From assembly GCF_000281045.1 (NCBI RefSeq), contig NW_008246094.1, forward strand, positions 659,676 through 696,964: DNA of 37,289 nt, in the 5' to 3' direction. The position numbers and the translations under genes were made by a program. The notes under the pieces are model-generated. The model ran no database searches and was not told the origin of the DNA. It saw nothing but the letters and a program-made list of their open reading frames with translations. Positions 1-11,033 of this stretch are shown here, piece by piece. Numbering within the stretch: the stretch's first letter is position 1; each line of letters starts with the position of its first letter. This DNA comes from Saprolegnia diclina VS20 (Eukaryota).

Positions 1-84
1 ATGATACCTGTACAGAATGCCAGGGATTAAAAACGACGAGTGTACGTAATATCTACGACGGCATAATAAACATGTTGTACTGTC

Positions 85-2292
85 TCAATCGGCCTCGATC
101 GCACTTCGTGAAATGCGTTGGAGCCGCACGAGGGAGCGCGCGCGTGAGTGCGAGAGAGCGCGCAGGTGCATTTGCAGCGCACCCGCCGAGACCAAGGTCG
201 TCGGCTTCCCTTGACTACGTCGCGACACTTGGCTCGCGCGCGTGCCGGATCCCTTGACCGACTCGCGGCGCACAGACTCGCGGTGCGCGGAGAGGAGGCG
301 CATGATTTGGCGCTGGCGGCGCGCCAAGCGTTTCGCCAGCTGCCGTGCAAAGAGGTGTCCCACGAGCGTAGGCTTCGGGTGCACGAGCGTTCGAAGCAGC
401 AGCATCGGCTATGTAGCATAAGCCCCGTTTCGATGATGGAGAACGCGTACCTGCTTGGCGGCACTGGCCGATATTTGCAGCCGCTTGGTTTTGGTCTCGT
501 TGAGGTACGACTTGAGACCTTCGTTGGCTTGCGTGAACGCATCAAAGTGCACTTTGAGCAACAAGTTGAGCTTGCAGTACGTTTGCGCAATGCAATGGGC
601 CGTCGTTGGCTCGTTCGTCATCAAACTCACTTCACCGAAGTACCCGCCCGGCCCAAGTGTCGCGAGCACGCTTCCTCGGGCATCGAGCACGCGAACAAGG
701 CCCGTTTCAATAATGTAAAACGCGTGGGCCTAGCCACGTCTACCGTGACATTCGGCTCTCGGAAAGAGAAATACGCACCTTTTCGCCGGCTTTGACGATC
801 ACCTCCTCGGGAACCGCAATGCTCTCAGTCATCATGAGTAGCAGCGCCATGACTTGCTCGGAATTGAGCGTGCTAAAGAAGGGTACTTTTCTGACCACGC
901 CGCGGTGAAGGTGGTGGCGCAGAAGAAGCTCGACTTTGCTGGGCAACGCCGGCGTAAAGATCTTGTTGGTATCGTGCGCCAAGAGCTCCCCGCCCGACGT
1001 CGAGTTGTAGTAGTCGTAAATCGCCTGCTGGACATCCTCATCGACGTTCTGATCGCGTAATAGCGACGCGACCGTCGCCGTGTGGTACTGGCGCTCGTCC
1101 GACGACGTGTGCAGCTGTTCGTTCAACCCCGCGACAATACCAAAGACACTAAATGTCTATAGAAAGAGGACAAAAATGTACACTATAGACGTACCACGCA
1201 TTGACAATCATGCCAATCGCAAAGCCGACAAAGCTAAAGATGCGCTCGACTTTGGTGATCGCTAGGATCGACGACCCGCTCGTGAGCGAAAACACTAGGT
1301 AGTAGGCGCCAACGTACTGCACCCAGAGCGGGTCAGTGAGCGCGAAGGGAATGGGCCACATTTTCTCGAGGTGCTTCTCGTAGACACCGACTTCGTAGCA
1401 CACGATGAGATAGTAGACACTGCCGAGGTAGTGGTGCAACGCGATATAGAGCAGGACCACTTTAGCCAAGCGCACAAAGACCGGGTGGATGAGCAGCGAT
1501 AAGCGGCGCTCGACGCGACCCACAACGTCGGCCTGCGATAGCCGGTAGAGTCGAAAGACAAAGAGGATCCGCGTGGTTTGTACTGCGCGTTTCAAATGGA
1601 CGTAGTCAGTGACCCAGTACCCGGATGGAATCGACGAGACCGCGTCGACAACAAAGCTGCCGCTAAACAGATACGACTTGGCGACTTCGGTGGCGTCGAC
1701 GAGGAGCGCTTGCGTGGTGGCATCGCGCCGCGCCGTGCGAAACGTCACGAGCATGTCGAGGAGCAGCGTTAAGTCGACGATCGCCTGCAGCGTCAAGCAC
1801 GACGGCGAAATCTTCACAATGTCAAAGCACACGTCTAGGGGCAGCAGAACGAGAAATAGCAGCAGCACGAGAAGAACAAACACGTCCCAGCGCGTCTTGA
1901 TGGGTCCGTTGGCGTCCAAGAGGCGCGCTAGAACATCGCACATTTGTACATCATCCCGCGGGCGACAGAAAGCGCACCGCGATGCCGCAGGACGAGATCG
2001 GAAAACTGCGACGTGGCCATTGCGTCGAGGTCGTTCAGAATCAAGTTGGTTTTCTCCTTGAAGCTGGCGTCCACGTTGTGGCTGCGTCGCCCATTTTGCG
2101 TGGATGCGCTCGAGTGCACCGGGGCTACGCACCGACGTACGTTGCGAGGACCATTCTCGGGGTCGTCGTACCGAAAAGGAGGTTGCGATGGGTCATGGAC
2201 GATGAGAGTCGAGACGAGGCAACACTCGACGGCCAGGCTTGAGTATGGAGGAGTCGCTGTAGGATGCCCTCTGTGGGCACGTGGTCCGACAT
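85..2292 (-). CDS. 6TM voltage-gated-superfamily cation channel with C-linker and cyclic-nucleotide-binding homology domain (CNG/HCN/KCNH-like), paralog 1; ~657 aa, 6 exons
   Basis: GT-AG introns at 2125-2171, 1928-1977, 1149-1194, 730-778 and 409-450 join the ORF fragments in frame (1974 nt). Motifs: S1 (RWDVFVLLVLL), S2/S3 (DMLVTFRTA...FVVDAVSSIP), S4 (RILFVFRLYRL), S5, pore, S6, C-linker (AIYDYY...LPSKVELLL) and CNBD (IVKAGE...YFGEVSL). Start ATG 2292 (MSDHVPTEGILQRLLH) was chosen by alignment with paralog 2. Confidence 0.88.
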
Positions 2293-2686
2293 GGTCGCCT
2301 CTTCTTAGACGGTGCCGATCTGAAACTGACGGCTGGACAACGCGGTCGAATGAGTTGGAGAACATCCACTTATATCGGTAACGGTATACTAGATGCAAAT
2401 CGAGACGACGGTCGGTGTATGAGTGTCCCCACCCAAGCGATTCATTCGGCGCACCCTTTGTGTTTGTGCCCACCACAACCGCTTCGCCATGGACTCATTC
2501 ATATATCAAGAGGTACTGTCCTTTGGCATCGATGCTGAACTAGACCTCGCACCACTTCGACAAACTCATCATTCCGTACAATGTGGCCACGAGACGAACG
2601 ATGGGTTGTACTGTAGTCGGCTTCATATCGCCTGCGTGTCCGCACTGTTGTGAACAAAAAAGTACGGTGGTTAGAAGGGAGACAGG

Positions 2687-4851
2687 TTACGAGTAGAGGT
2701 GGTCGTCTTCGTCGCCGAGGACGCTCGAGCTGATGCGCTGGAGCCTCGCGAGTCGGCGGGCTTGAAAGTACGAGAACGTCTTGACGTGCACATGGAGCTT
2801 GTGGGATGACCGTGGTGCGGTAGCGAGACGCCGCTCACCCTTTTTCGAGAGCAGGCGATGGCTGAGCTGGAGCGAGTTCTTCTTGAACGACCTGCGGTGT
2901 ACTGGGAGACGCGGCATCATGCGGTGGCGCTGAACCAACTTCTTGGCCACACGTTGCGCGAGCACCGACGGCGGACCCCGGCGACACGACCACGTCTAAC
3001 ACCCAACCGTCGAGAGCAAATTCACTGAGGAGAGACGAACCTTGAGGACTTCGGTCGCGGAGGCTGCGAGCCGGTTGACCCGGACCTCTTGCAAATAATC
3101 CCGCAACTTTTCGTTGACTTGCGTAAAGGCGTCAAAATGGACCTTGAGAAGTACATTAAGCTTGCAATACGTCTGGGCAACGACGCTGGCGGTTGTTGGC
3201 TCGTTCGTCATCAAGCTCACTTCGCCAAAGTACGCGCCAGGCCCCATCGTCGTAAGCAAGCGTCCACGGGGATCGCAGACGCGCACGAGGCCGGTTTCAA
3301 TTATGTACAGTGCGTGGGCCTAATTCACCATGGCCTTCCTTACAAATCGACAGAACGACGCACCTTTTCGCCGGCTTGTACAATGAGCTCGTCGGGGAGG
3401 ACGACGGCCTCAGTCATCGTCAAGAGCAAAGCAAGTACTTCCTCCGCCGTCAGTATCTTCAAGAACGCCACTTTAGACACCGCGTCACGGTGTAAATGGT
3501 GGCGAAGCTGTAGCTCAACTTTACTTGGCAGCGCCGGCTTCATCAATGCCGCTGCATCCAAATGTGACAGCCGGTCATTGTGGGACGACGACTCGTAGTA
3601 GTCCTGAATGGCTTTTTGGAGGTCGTCGTCGACGTCCTTTTCGCGCAAGATGGAGGCAACGCAGTCGGCGTGATGCTGGCGCGTGTCGGATACCCGGTTC
3701 AACTGCTGAAGTAATCCCGCGACGATGCCAAAGACACTAGATTCCAATATCAACATTCGCGCCTTCAAACTCAATTCAAAACGTACCAAGCGTTGACAAT
3801 CGTACCGATCGCGTAGCCGCCAAAAGTAAAGACCCACTCGACGTTGGTTGTGGCGAGCATGGGTTCCAGACCCGTGACTAAGAGAGCTTTGTGGTACGAC
3901 GCTACGTACCGGTCCCAGATCGGGTCCTTGAGCGTGAACGGGAGTGGCCAAGTTTGGACGGGGGGCTGCACGTGGTATTCGTACGCGACGACGAGATAGA
4001 AGGCGGCCGCAATGTAGTGGTGAAGCGTGATGTAAAAGAGTGCGAGTTTCACCAATCGCACGGCCGCAGGGTGAACAAGGAGCGAGAGACGCACTTCGAT
4101 GCGACCAATCACGTCGGTTTGCGAGAGCCAATAGAGGCGCAGTAGAAACACGAGGCGCAAAAGATGCATCGATCCGTGCTCCGGCGCCAACGAGGTCGGT
4201 ATGAACGAGAGCGCATCGACAACGAATTCGAAGCTCAGTGCATACCCCCGAGCAATATCAGTCGGATCGACGAGCCACGCGTTCGAGGTCGGTTCAATGC
4301 GAGCCGTGCGAAACGTCACGACGACGTCCAGCAACAAGAGCATATCGATCGTAAATTGCAGTGCGAGGCACGCGCCATGGGTCGTCACAAGGCTGAAGCT
4401 TGCGTCAAGCGGCAGCAATACGAGCAAGACGAGCAGCGCGAGGAAGATGAGGACGTTCCAGCGGGCCTTGAACGTACCGTTGGCATCGAGGACGTTGGCT
4501 ACTCGCAGGCAATTTATGCCAATCACAGTGGCACTCTCTTCCTACAGCGAAGCTTCTTGGCGAGGGTCGTAAACTGCAGCGCGGCTATCGCATCGAGATC
4601 ACCGAGGATGACGTGAGCTTTCTCATCGTGGTTCATTGAGCTGTTGCGCGCGCTCGAGCCGTGCGACTTTGCACCGGCATGCATGAGCGCTAGTACAAAA
4701 CATTTCGTTATCTCCATTTGCGCAAATGACGGGACGGACCGTGGAACCGCCCCTCGGAGCGCGTCGATTGCTTGGGGAAGCGGCTCGTCGGCACCGTCGT
4801 TGCGTGTAGCAACCGGATGAGGAGGCCGTCCTTGGTGTCGCCACGGACCAT
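2687..4851 (-). CDS. 6TM CNBD cation channel, paralog 2 (tandem duplicate); ~642 aa, 6 exons
   Basis: Introns at 4690-4739, 4499-4545, 3737-3786, 3320-3363 and 2996-3040 sit at the same positions and phases as in paralog 1 (spliced 1929 nt). Same motifs (RWNVLIFLALL, FVVDALSFIP, LPSKVELQLRHHL, YFGEVSLMTNEPTTA). The first-exon frame stays open to ~5187, so a more upstream ATG (4899 or ~5160) is possible. Confidence 0.87.
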
Positions 4852-5682
4852 CTTGGCGCCAGGCGAATTTTCGTCGAGGCGCTCGAGCTCCTGCACCATA
4901 GTCAACTGCTTTGAAATGGCTCGATGCGCACAACTATCACACACGTCGGCCCTATTTTGGTCCCGATCAAGTCGTTTCGCCATCGCCACGCCAAGTCTCA
5001 AAGGGAGTGCATTTCGATGCATCATTTGACGCCGGAGTTCAGTATCATTCTTACAAGTATGGTGGTGGACCTCCACGTCAGCAATTCGACGGCGACGGGG
5101 CTGTTCTCGAAGAAAGGCAAATGGAAGGCGCTGTCCAAACGATGCCGTCGTGCGCTTCATCCTGCACTTGCATGTGCACTTCATCAACGGCTATACGACA
5201 AGACGTTATTTCAAGACGCCAGTGTGGTCAGGTGCAAAAGGGCGATATGATTGCAGTGCCGCCAAAGCCTCTCAGGTCCGTTCGTTGCAGCAAGCGGCCT
5301 TCACTGGGACCATTTTTGACTCGACCATTTTTTGGAAAGTGCAGTGTTCCAACATACTCTTCATAACGTTAGCATTGCCACAGGCGCCTGGAAGCTATCG
5401 CTTGGTGCTCATGAATCTTACATTCTTATCAAATTCTGGTACTTGTAGACACCAAGCAACGTGACAGTTTTTTCATCTAACGTCAGTCAAACTCCACCAG
5501 CTCGTTCCGCTTGCCACGTCAGTCATCTGTAGTGCAAACTCGAGAACCTCTGAAAACACATATATCGACGGCGCCAACAAAAAGCTTGGACAATGTATGC
5601 GTTGGAAACGCACCCACTTGCAAGAGCTGATAAAATAGGTGCAGATGCCTCGCATTCCGCCACCCGCCGGCCGCCTGTCGCC

Positions 5683-7030
5683 ATGACGACGAGCGCCTTG
5701 GGTACGCTCGTCGGCTGCAACACCACCTGCCTCTGGACGGGCCACAATGGCGACGTCGTTGACAGCGCGCGCCTGGCCGAGATCATGCTCGCCAACGACA
5801 CGTCGGCGGCAGCGGCGCGCAACCTGCAGTCGCACATGGGTTACATCCAAGGTAGATGTGTCTTGCCATCAAGCGCTGTCAAGAAGCGCGTTTGTAGAGG
5901 TGCAGCGCCATGCGAGCGCGATGGGCCAAGTGCTTGACATTTCTCTCGGCGTCAACCCACGCCACTTGCTCCTGCCGGCAACCATCGACGAGGACCCGGC
6001 CGAGATGGTGCTCGAGTACTACCTTCGCAGCCCGCGGCGCCTTCAAGCTAGCACATTACAGCCAAGTCTCAACTGGTGCAGCGAGTCGAATCCCACTGGG
6101 CGCTCTGTCTGCGGCGATATCAAGAGCCAGAAGCTGTGCGGGTCGTGCTGGGCGTTCGCTGCCACGGACCTCATCGAGACGGCAGTCGCAATCGCGGGCA
6201 ACGCGACGCCCGTCTCGCTCTCGACGCAGCAGCTTTTGAGCTGCAGCAAAGGGCCCCAAGTCCATACGTTTCACTACTGCTTTGCCTCGTCCAAGACCGT
6301 ACCGACTTGGCTGTCACCCATGAAGCAATGGAATGCGACCAACGACGGGTGTGGTGGCGGCATGACGCAGAACGCGCTGACAGACGCTGTGAGCAAGATC
6401 AAGAACCTCGCGTCACGCTTGACGTGGCCCGACGATGACGCGTCGTCGTCATCCCGCAGTCCATACTCGTGCGCGCAGCTGCCCGACGATAGCTCCGCCG
6501 CCCACATTACGGGGTGGGAGCCCGCGGTCAGCGGAAATTCGTGTGCCAACACGAGCGACCCGACACGGCTCTTGCAAGACGCACTTGCGACCGGACCGTT
6601 GGCGGTCGCGATGCACGCCCAGGGCCTCTTCCCCGAGTACAAGGGCGGTGTGTTCCGATGCCCCAAGATCACCAACTCGGACATGATCGACCACGCACTG
6701 CTTCTGGTCGGGTATGGCTACAGCAGCGGCCAGCCGTACTGGATTCTGAAAAACTCGTACGGCGCCGGGTGGGGCGTCAATGGCTTCATGCACCTCGCGG
6801 CCGACGACGACATCAACTGCGGCCTCAACATCTTTCCCATCCGCGTCCTCGGCGCGTCCCGGGGCGCGTCGGTCCTGCGCGTCGACGGCGGCGGCGACCT
6901 CGACTTTGGCGGGCTCACCTTCGCGGCGTGGCTCGGCATCGCGGTGACATTTGCTATCGGGACGCTCCTCGCGACGATTGTGGGTGTGCGCATTGCGCTC
7001 AAGCGCCGGGCCAACATGCACCGCTGCTGA
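5683..7030 (+). CDS. Papain-family (C1A) cysteine protease with C-terminal transmembrane anchor, copy 1; ~433 aa
   Basis: One phase-1 intron at 5852-5897. Catalytic motifs QKLCGSCWAF (Cys), DHALLLVGYG (His) and WILKNSYG (Asn). TM helix WLGIAVTFAIGTLLATIVGV followed by a basic tail. Exon 1 is homologous to those of the other three copies. Confidence 0.9.
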
Positions 7031-7825
7031 CCGGTGGCCGACATGAGCGCGACTGTACATCGTATTTGCGCTGTGTGTCGTAATGAAAATAACCTGGCTG
7101 CCAGCGAGCGATCTTCCATCCAGGGACTCGTATTGAAGGGTACAAGTTGTCGTGTACGTGGAGCGCTGGGCAACCTGTTGGCCTTTGCTCCAGCGCAGAC
7201 CACCTGCCCTGTATTCCCCTCAGCTGATACTTGCGGCCTCCAATGTCATCCAAATGAGTCGCATTGAAATTGAAGAATGTGCCACAATCCAGCACAGCTA
7301 TCCAGCAGAGTGATGGTCTTGAGTATCCTTATCCGGATATATGCGGACAGCTCGGACTCGTTGCCATCAGCGGCGTAGCTCAGCGGCGTACGTGCAGTCA
7401 TTCCATCTTGGACGCGCCTCGACAACGTGAGTAATGGCACTACGTTGCGCTTGTACATGTTTTGTCATCGAATTGACGTCGGTTTTGTGAAATTGTGTGA
7501 TTTGTGTGAAATTTCGGTAGTCGATGCGCGTTGGGTGTTCGAGGCGCGCTGCGAAACAAGTCGTGCGTGCGTGAATGATGATCTCTGTCCACAGACCATT
7601 GTCAATAATGTACACAGTGCTCGTTTGAGACGAAGCGTCTACGCTCTTTCTCTACAAGCACTGGAATGCACGGAATGTGTGGGTTGTTGGCGACACTTTG
7701 CTGGTGAATACTCTGCCCGGATTCTATCCAACCAAATCGCAGACACAGACAGTGGTATCCATGTCGACGCTCCAGGATTTTCTTGCTGTCATTGTTCGAA
7801 TTTCCTGGCAGCTCATAGGCCAAAC

Positions 7826-8041
7826 ATGTCGGTTTCGTTGGCCAACACAACGGCGCCGGCGCTTCTTGAGACGAGCGACAAGACTGTGCCCCTTGCGCAC
7901 AACACTGTGTTTTGGGTCATGTGCGGTATCATCACGGTCGGCGTGCTCGCGATCGTCTCGGTCATGGTGCTTAAGTGCCGACGACGACGCGCCGCTGCCC
8001 AGGCACTCTTCTCCGCCCGCGTGCCACTCACCGCAGCATGA
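7826..8041 (+). CDS. Small (71 aa) single-pass membrane protein; resembles the C-terminal anchor of the adjacent protease
   Basis: The ATG is in a caaacATG context. Sequence MSVSLANTTAP...HNTVFWVMCGIITVGVLAIVSVMVLKCRRRR: an N-glycosylation sequon, a ~22-aa hydrophobic helix and a basic stop-transfer cluster. Codon usage is GC-rich and gene-like, and the 3' flank is AT-rich. Confidence 0.5.
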   Translation: MSVSLANTTAPALLETSDKTVPLAHNTVFWVMCGIITVGVLAIVSVMVLKCRRRRAAAQALFSARVPLTAA

Positions 8042-8875
8042 CTCTCACTTGCTTGTCGAAACAATCCGAAGTACTTGCAAGGACGAGCGCGCATCATCGT
8101 CATCGTCGGCTTGTCGTTTCGCATTCGTCCGAGAATCTCAGTTATTGTGATTGCGAATAAACGTCCTATTTATGTTTTGTCTACAAGTTGTCATGAAACA
8201 GCATCGAGTATACGCACAACTCTCACCCAACAATGACGCTACTCATTAACAAGACCTCGAAGAGGTTATATACGCTTCCAACGACCTGCGCTTCAAGGCG
8301 TTGGATTAGAGATGATTACCGGAGCGAGAACCGATACAAGAGCTCGCACGACTTGGTTCGATAACACTGTGGCGACCAGGTACCGGTTACGTTAGCTCGA
8401 ATCTCTCAAGCCATGACTCGATTTAGACTTCACAACCTCGAATGATAGGTGCTGTCGGCAACAAAACCATGCACCCGACGGCAACGTTGGGCGGTCTTGT
8501 TCATCACGGGTGACAAGTTGACGCACGCTACCGAGCGCGTTCCTAATGCCAAAGCCGTGTGAATGATTAATATATTCATTCCTCAACTGACACGGACCAG
8601 GTCTCCAAGCAAGCCGAATATATATTTGTTGGGCGCGTCCGATTGATGATGAGAAATACACGGAGGCGCCTACTCGATGCGCTGGAGAACTCGACGATTA
8701 ACTTCTGTAGCCCAGACCACGACTCGTCATCCCATTGCAATCTTCCGACAGCAAAATGGCCCCACACTGCAGGCCGTTGCGAGACAGTCCGGATAAAACG
8801 CCCTGTGATTGGATGATTCGATTACGCATGCGTAACAAGCATCCCTGCTGGCGCCAGTCCGGAAGTTGCCAGCAC

Positions 8876-10379
8876 ATGACGACGCCAACGGCCCATGGCT
8901 CACTCGTCGCCTGCAACGACGACGGCGACGGCTGCCGCTGGATGGGGCGCGACGGCGCCAGCATAGGCCTCCACCAGCTTATCGACGAGCTCCTTGAGGC
9001 GGACCCACCAAGGGACGTGGCCGCGACCAGAGCCAGCCTCGTTGCCCACGCCAAGCACCTTCAAGGTACGCTTATGTTTATGGCCCGTAGACCGAAGACT
9101 CTACGCAATGTCAATAGCCAAATACGCTCGCGCAATCGCGCGCCACGAGAACCCGGAGCCCATAGCGTTGCAGCTACCGATCCCCGATCTTACCAGCATC
9201 TCGACAACATCCCGGTCCCTTAGCAACACCACGTCATCGTCCTCGAATGCAACCGAGCTTCATTTGCCCGTCTCGCTCAACTGGTGTTCGACCAACAACC
9301 CGCTGCAGCGACGCATCTGCGGGCCCATGCGCGCCCAAGGCGCGTGCAACGGGTGCTGGGCGTTTGCGACCGTCGAGATCGTCCAGGCCGCCGTGAGTGC
9401 AGCGACAGGGGCGGCGCCTGTGCCGCTCTCGCCGCAGCAGCTGCTCGACTGCAGCCGCGGCAACAACACGTACCCGACGTCGTACTGCATGGCGGGCATG
9501 GGCAGTCTTCCGTCCTGGCTGCCCCATTCGATTGAATGGAGCAGCGCCAACGGCGGCTGCAACGGCGGGTCGACGTACGGCGCGCTCCTCGACTTGGCAT
9601 GGACCAACACGGCGCTCGCCCTGGACACCGACTGGCCCTTTGTCGATGCCAGCAAGAACGCGACAGACCTCGAGGCGGCTTTGCCCCCGCGCTGCAAACC
9701 CGCGGCCGAACTTATCAACGGGTTCGTGGTGGAACGGCCCAAAGCCAATGGGACAACGGTCGTGAGCTGGCGCTCGGCGCTGCCGGGGTCGGCGTGCGCT
9801 GAGAACGTGACGGACCCCGTCCGGCTGCTTAAGACGGCGCTCCTCGACGGTCCGATTTCGGTGCCGATTTACGCGTCCGAAGCGTTCAAAAACTACAATG
9901 GCGGCGTGCACGTGTGCACGACCAACATTACGACGAGCAGCATCAACCACGTACTGGTGCTGACGGGGTATGGCGTCACCGACAACGGCACCGAGCACTG
10001 GATCTTGAAAAACTCGTACGGCAACAACTGGGGTCTCCGCGGCTTTATGCACCTCGCCATGGACGACGTGCTCAACTGCGGCATGCTTCTGCTGCCGATT
10101 CAAGTCGACAAGGTCATTGCCGGAGCGTCGAGCACGGACGTGAGCTACAAGGACGAAGGTACGGGCAGCGGCGGGACGACGACACCGCTCCGAAAGACGA
10201 ATCACAACGCACCGTACTGGATATTGGCGGTCGTCGCGGTGCTCGTCGTTGCAGCTGTGGCGGCTGTAGTGGTGCTTCGCCGCCGTCACCAGCGCCGGAA
10301 ATCAATGACCAGCGCGCTTTTGGCGGCCGATGGCGTCTTGACCGTGCACCACCGTGCTAGCAATGTTGTCGTGACGTAA
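8876..10379 (+). CDS. Papain-family (C1A) cysteine protease with C-terminal TM anchor, copy 2 (most divergent); ~483 aa
   Basis: Phase-1 intron at 9066-9117, at the shared position. Motifs QGACNGCWAF, NHVLVLTGYG and WILKNSYG. TM YWILAVVAVLVVAAVAAVVVL followed by RRRHQRRK. Confidence 0.88.
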
Positions 10380-10793
10380 AAGTATATATTGAAGTATTTG
10401 TCTAATCAGTGAACGGATGGCGATCGCTCGACAGGCCCAACTGGCAGTCTACTGCACAACGGATGATTGTGATTGGCGGGTTCATTTTGTATCAGGTCTG
10501 TATCAAGCTTCGCCAGTCCGACCTGGCTGTGTGACTGCTTCGTGAACAATCGACCGTGCGACGAGGGCAACGCCAGACAACACTCGAGTGCGCCGCGATC
10601 GATTCAATGTCGTCTGAGCTCCAGGCAAGGGTAAATTATGTACCCATGGCTCCAGGATGGAGTGCGGAAATGCGTGTTCTTTCGCACTTGCGGGCAGCCA
10701 TTTGACGAAAACTGCATCGACAAGCAAATGTTCCCCAAACGAATTGCCGTAGAACAAAACTTCATACGAGCAGTAGCAAATGAGTCGTAGCTA

Positions 10794-10968
10794 GGTTTCA
10801 TCACGACTGTTGTTGAAATGAGTCTTTCGAATTTTACGGATTAAGGGTCCTATTTCTAGGGTCGTCCGGCCTCCAACCTAATTTCCGGTAGGCACGAATT
10901 TCCGGCATATGCCGTTTTCATCTTGCTTCTGCCTTGTGTTCCTTGAGGCACGGTTTCATCACGACTGT
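10794..10968. repeat. 17-bp direct repeat GGTTTCATCACGACTGT (10794-10810 and 10952-10968) upstream of the RCK channel gene
   Basis: Two identical 17-mers 158 bp apart, read directly from the sequence. ATTTCCGG also occurs twice between them. Confidence 0.7.
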
Positions 10969-11033
10969 GTTCCCTTCTCATCGACCTATCTCATGAAACG
11001 ACACCTCGCGGTTACACGCTTTCGCTTGCCACC

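Noticed and set aside
4911..5464. Overlapping plus-strand ORFs of 104-151 aa
   Set aside because: No homology cues. The region is better explained as the divergent promoter or the 5' extension of channel paralog 2.
9234..10289. 351-aa minus-strand ORF (similarly 19461-20444 and 6449-7060)
   Set aside because: Antisense to protease coding exons.
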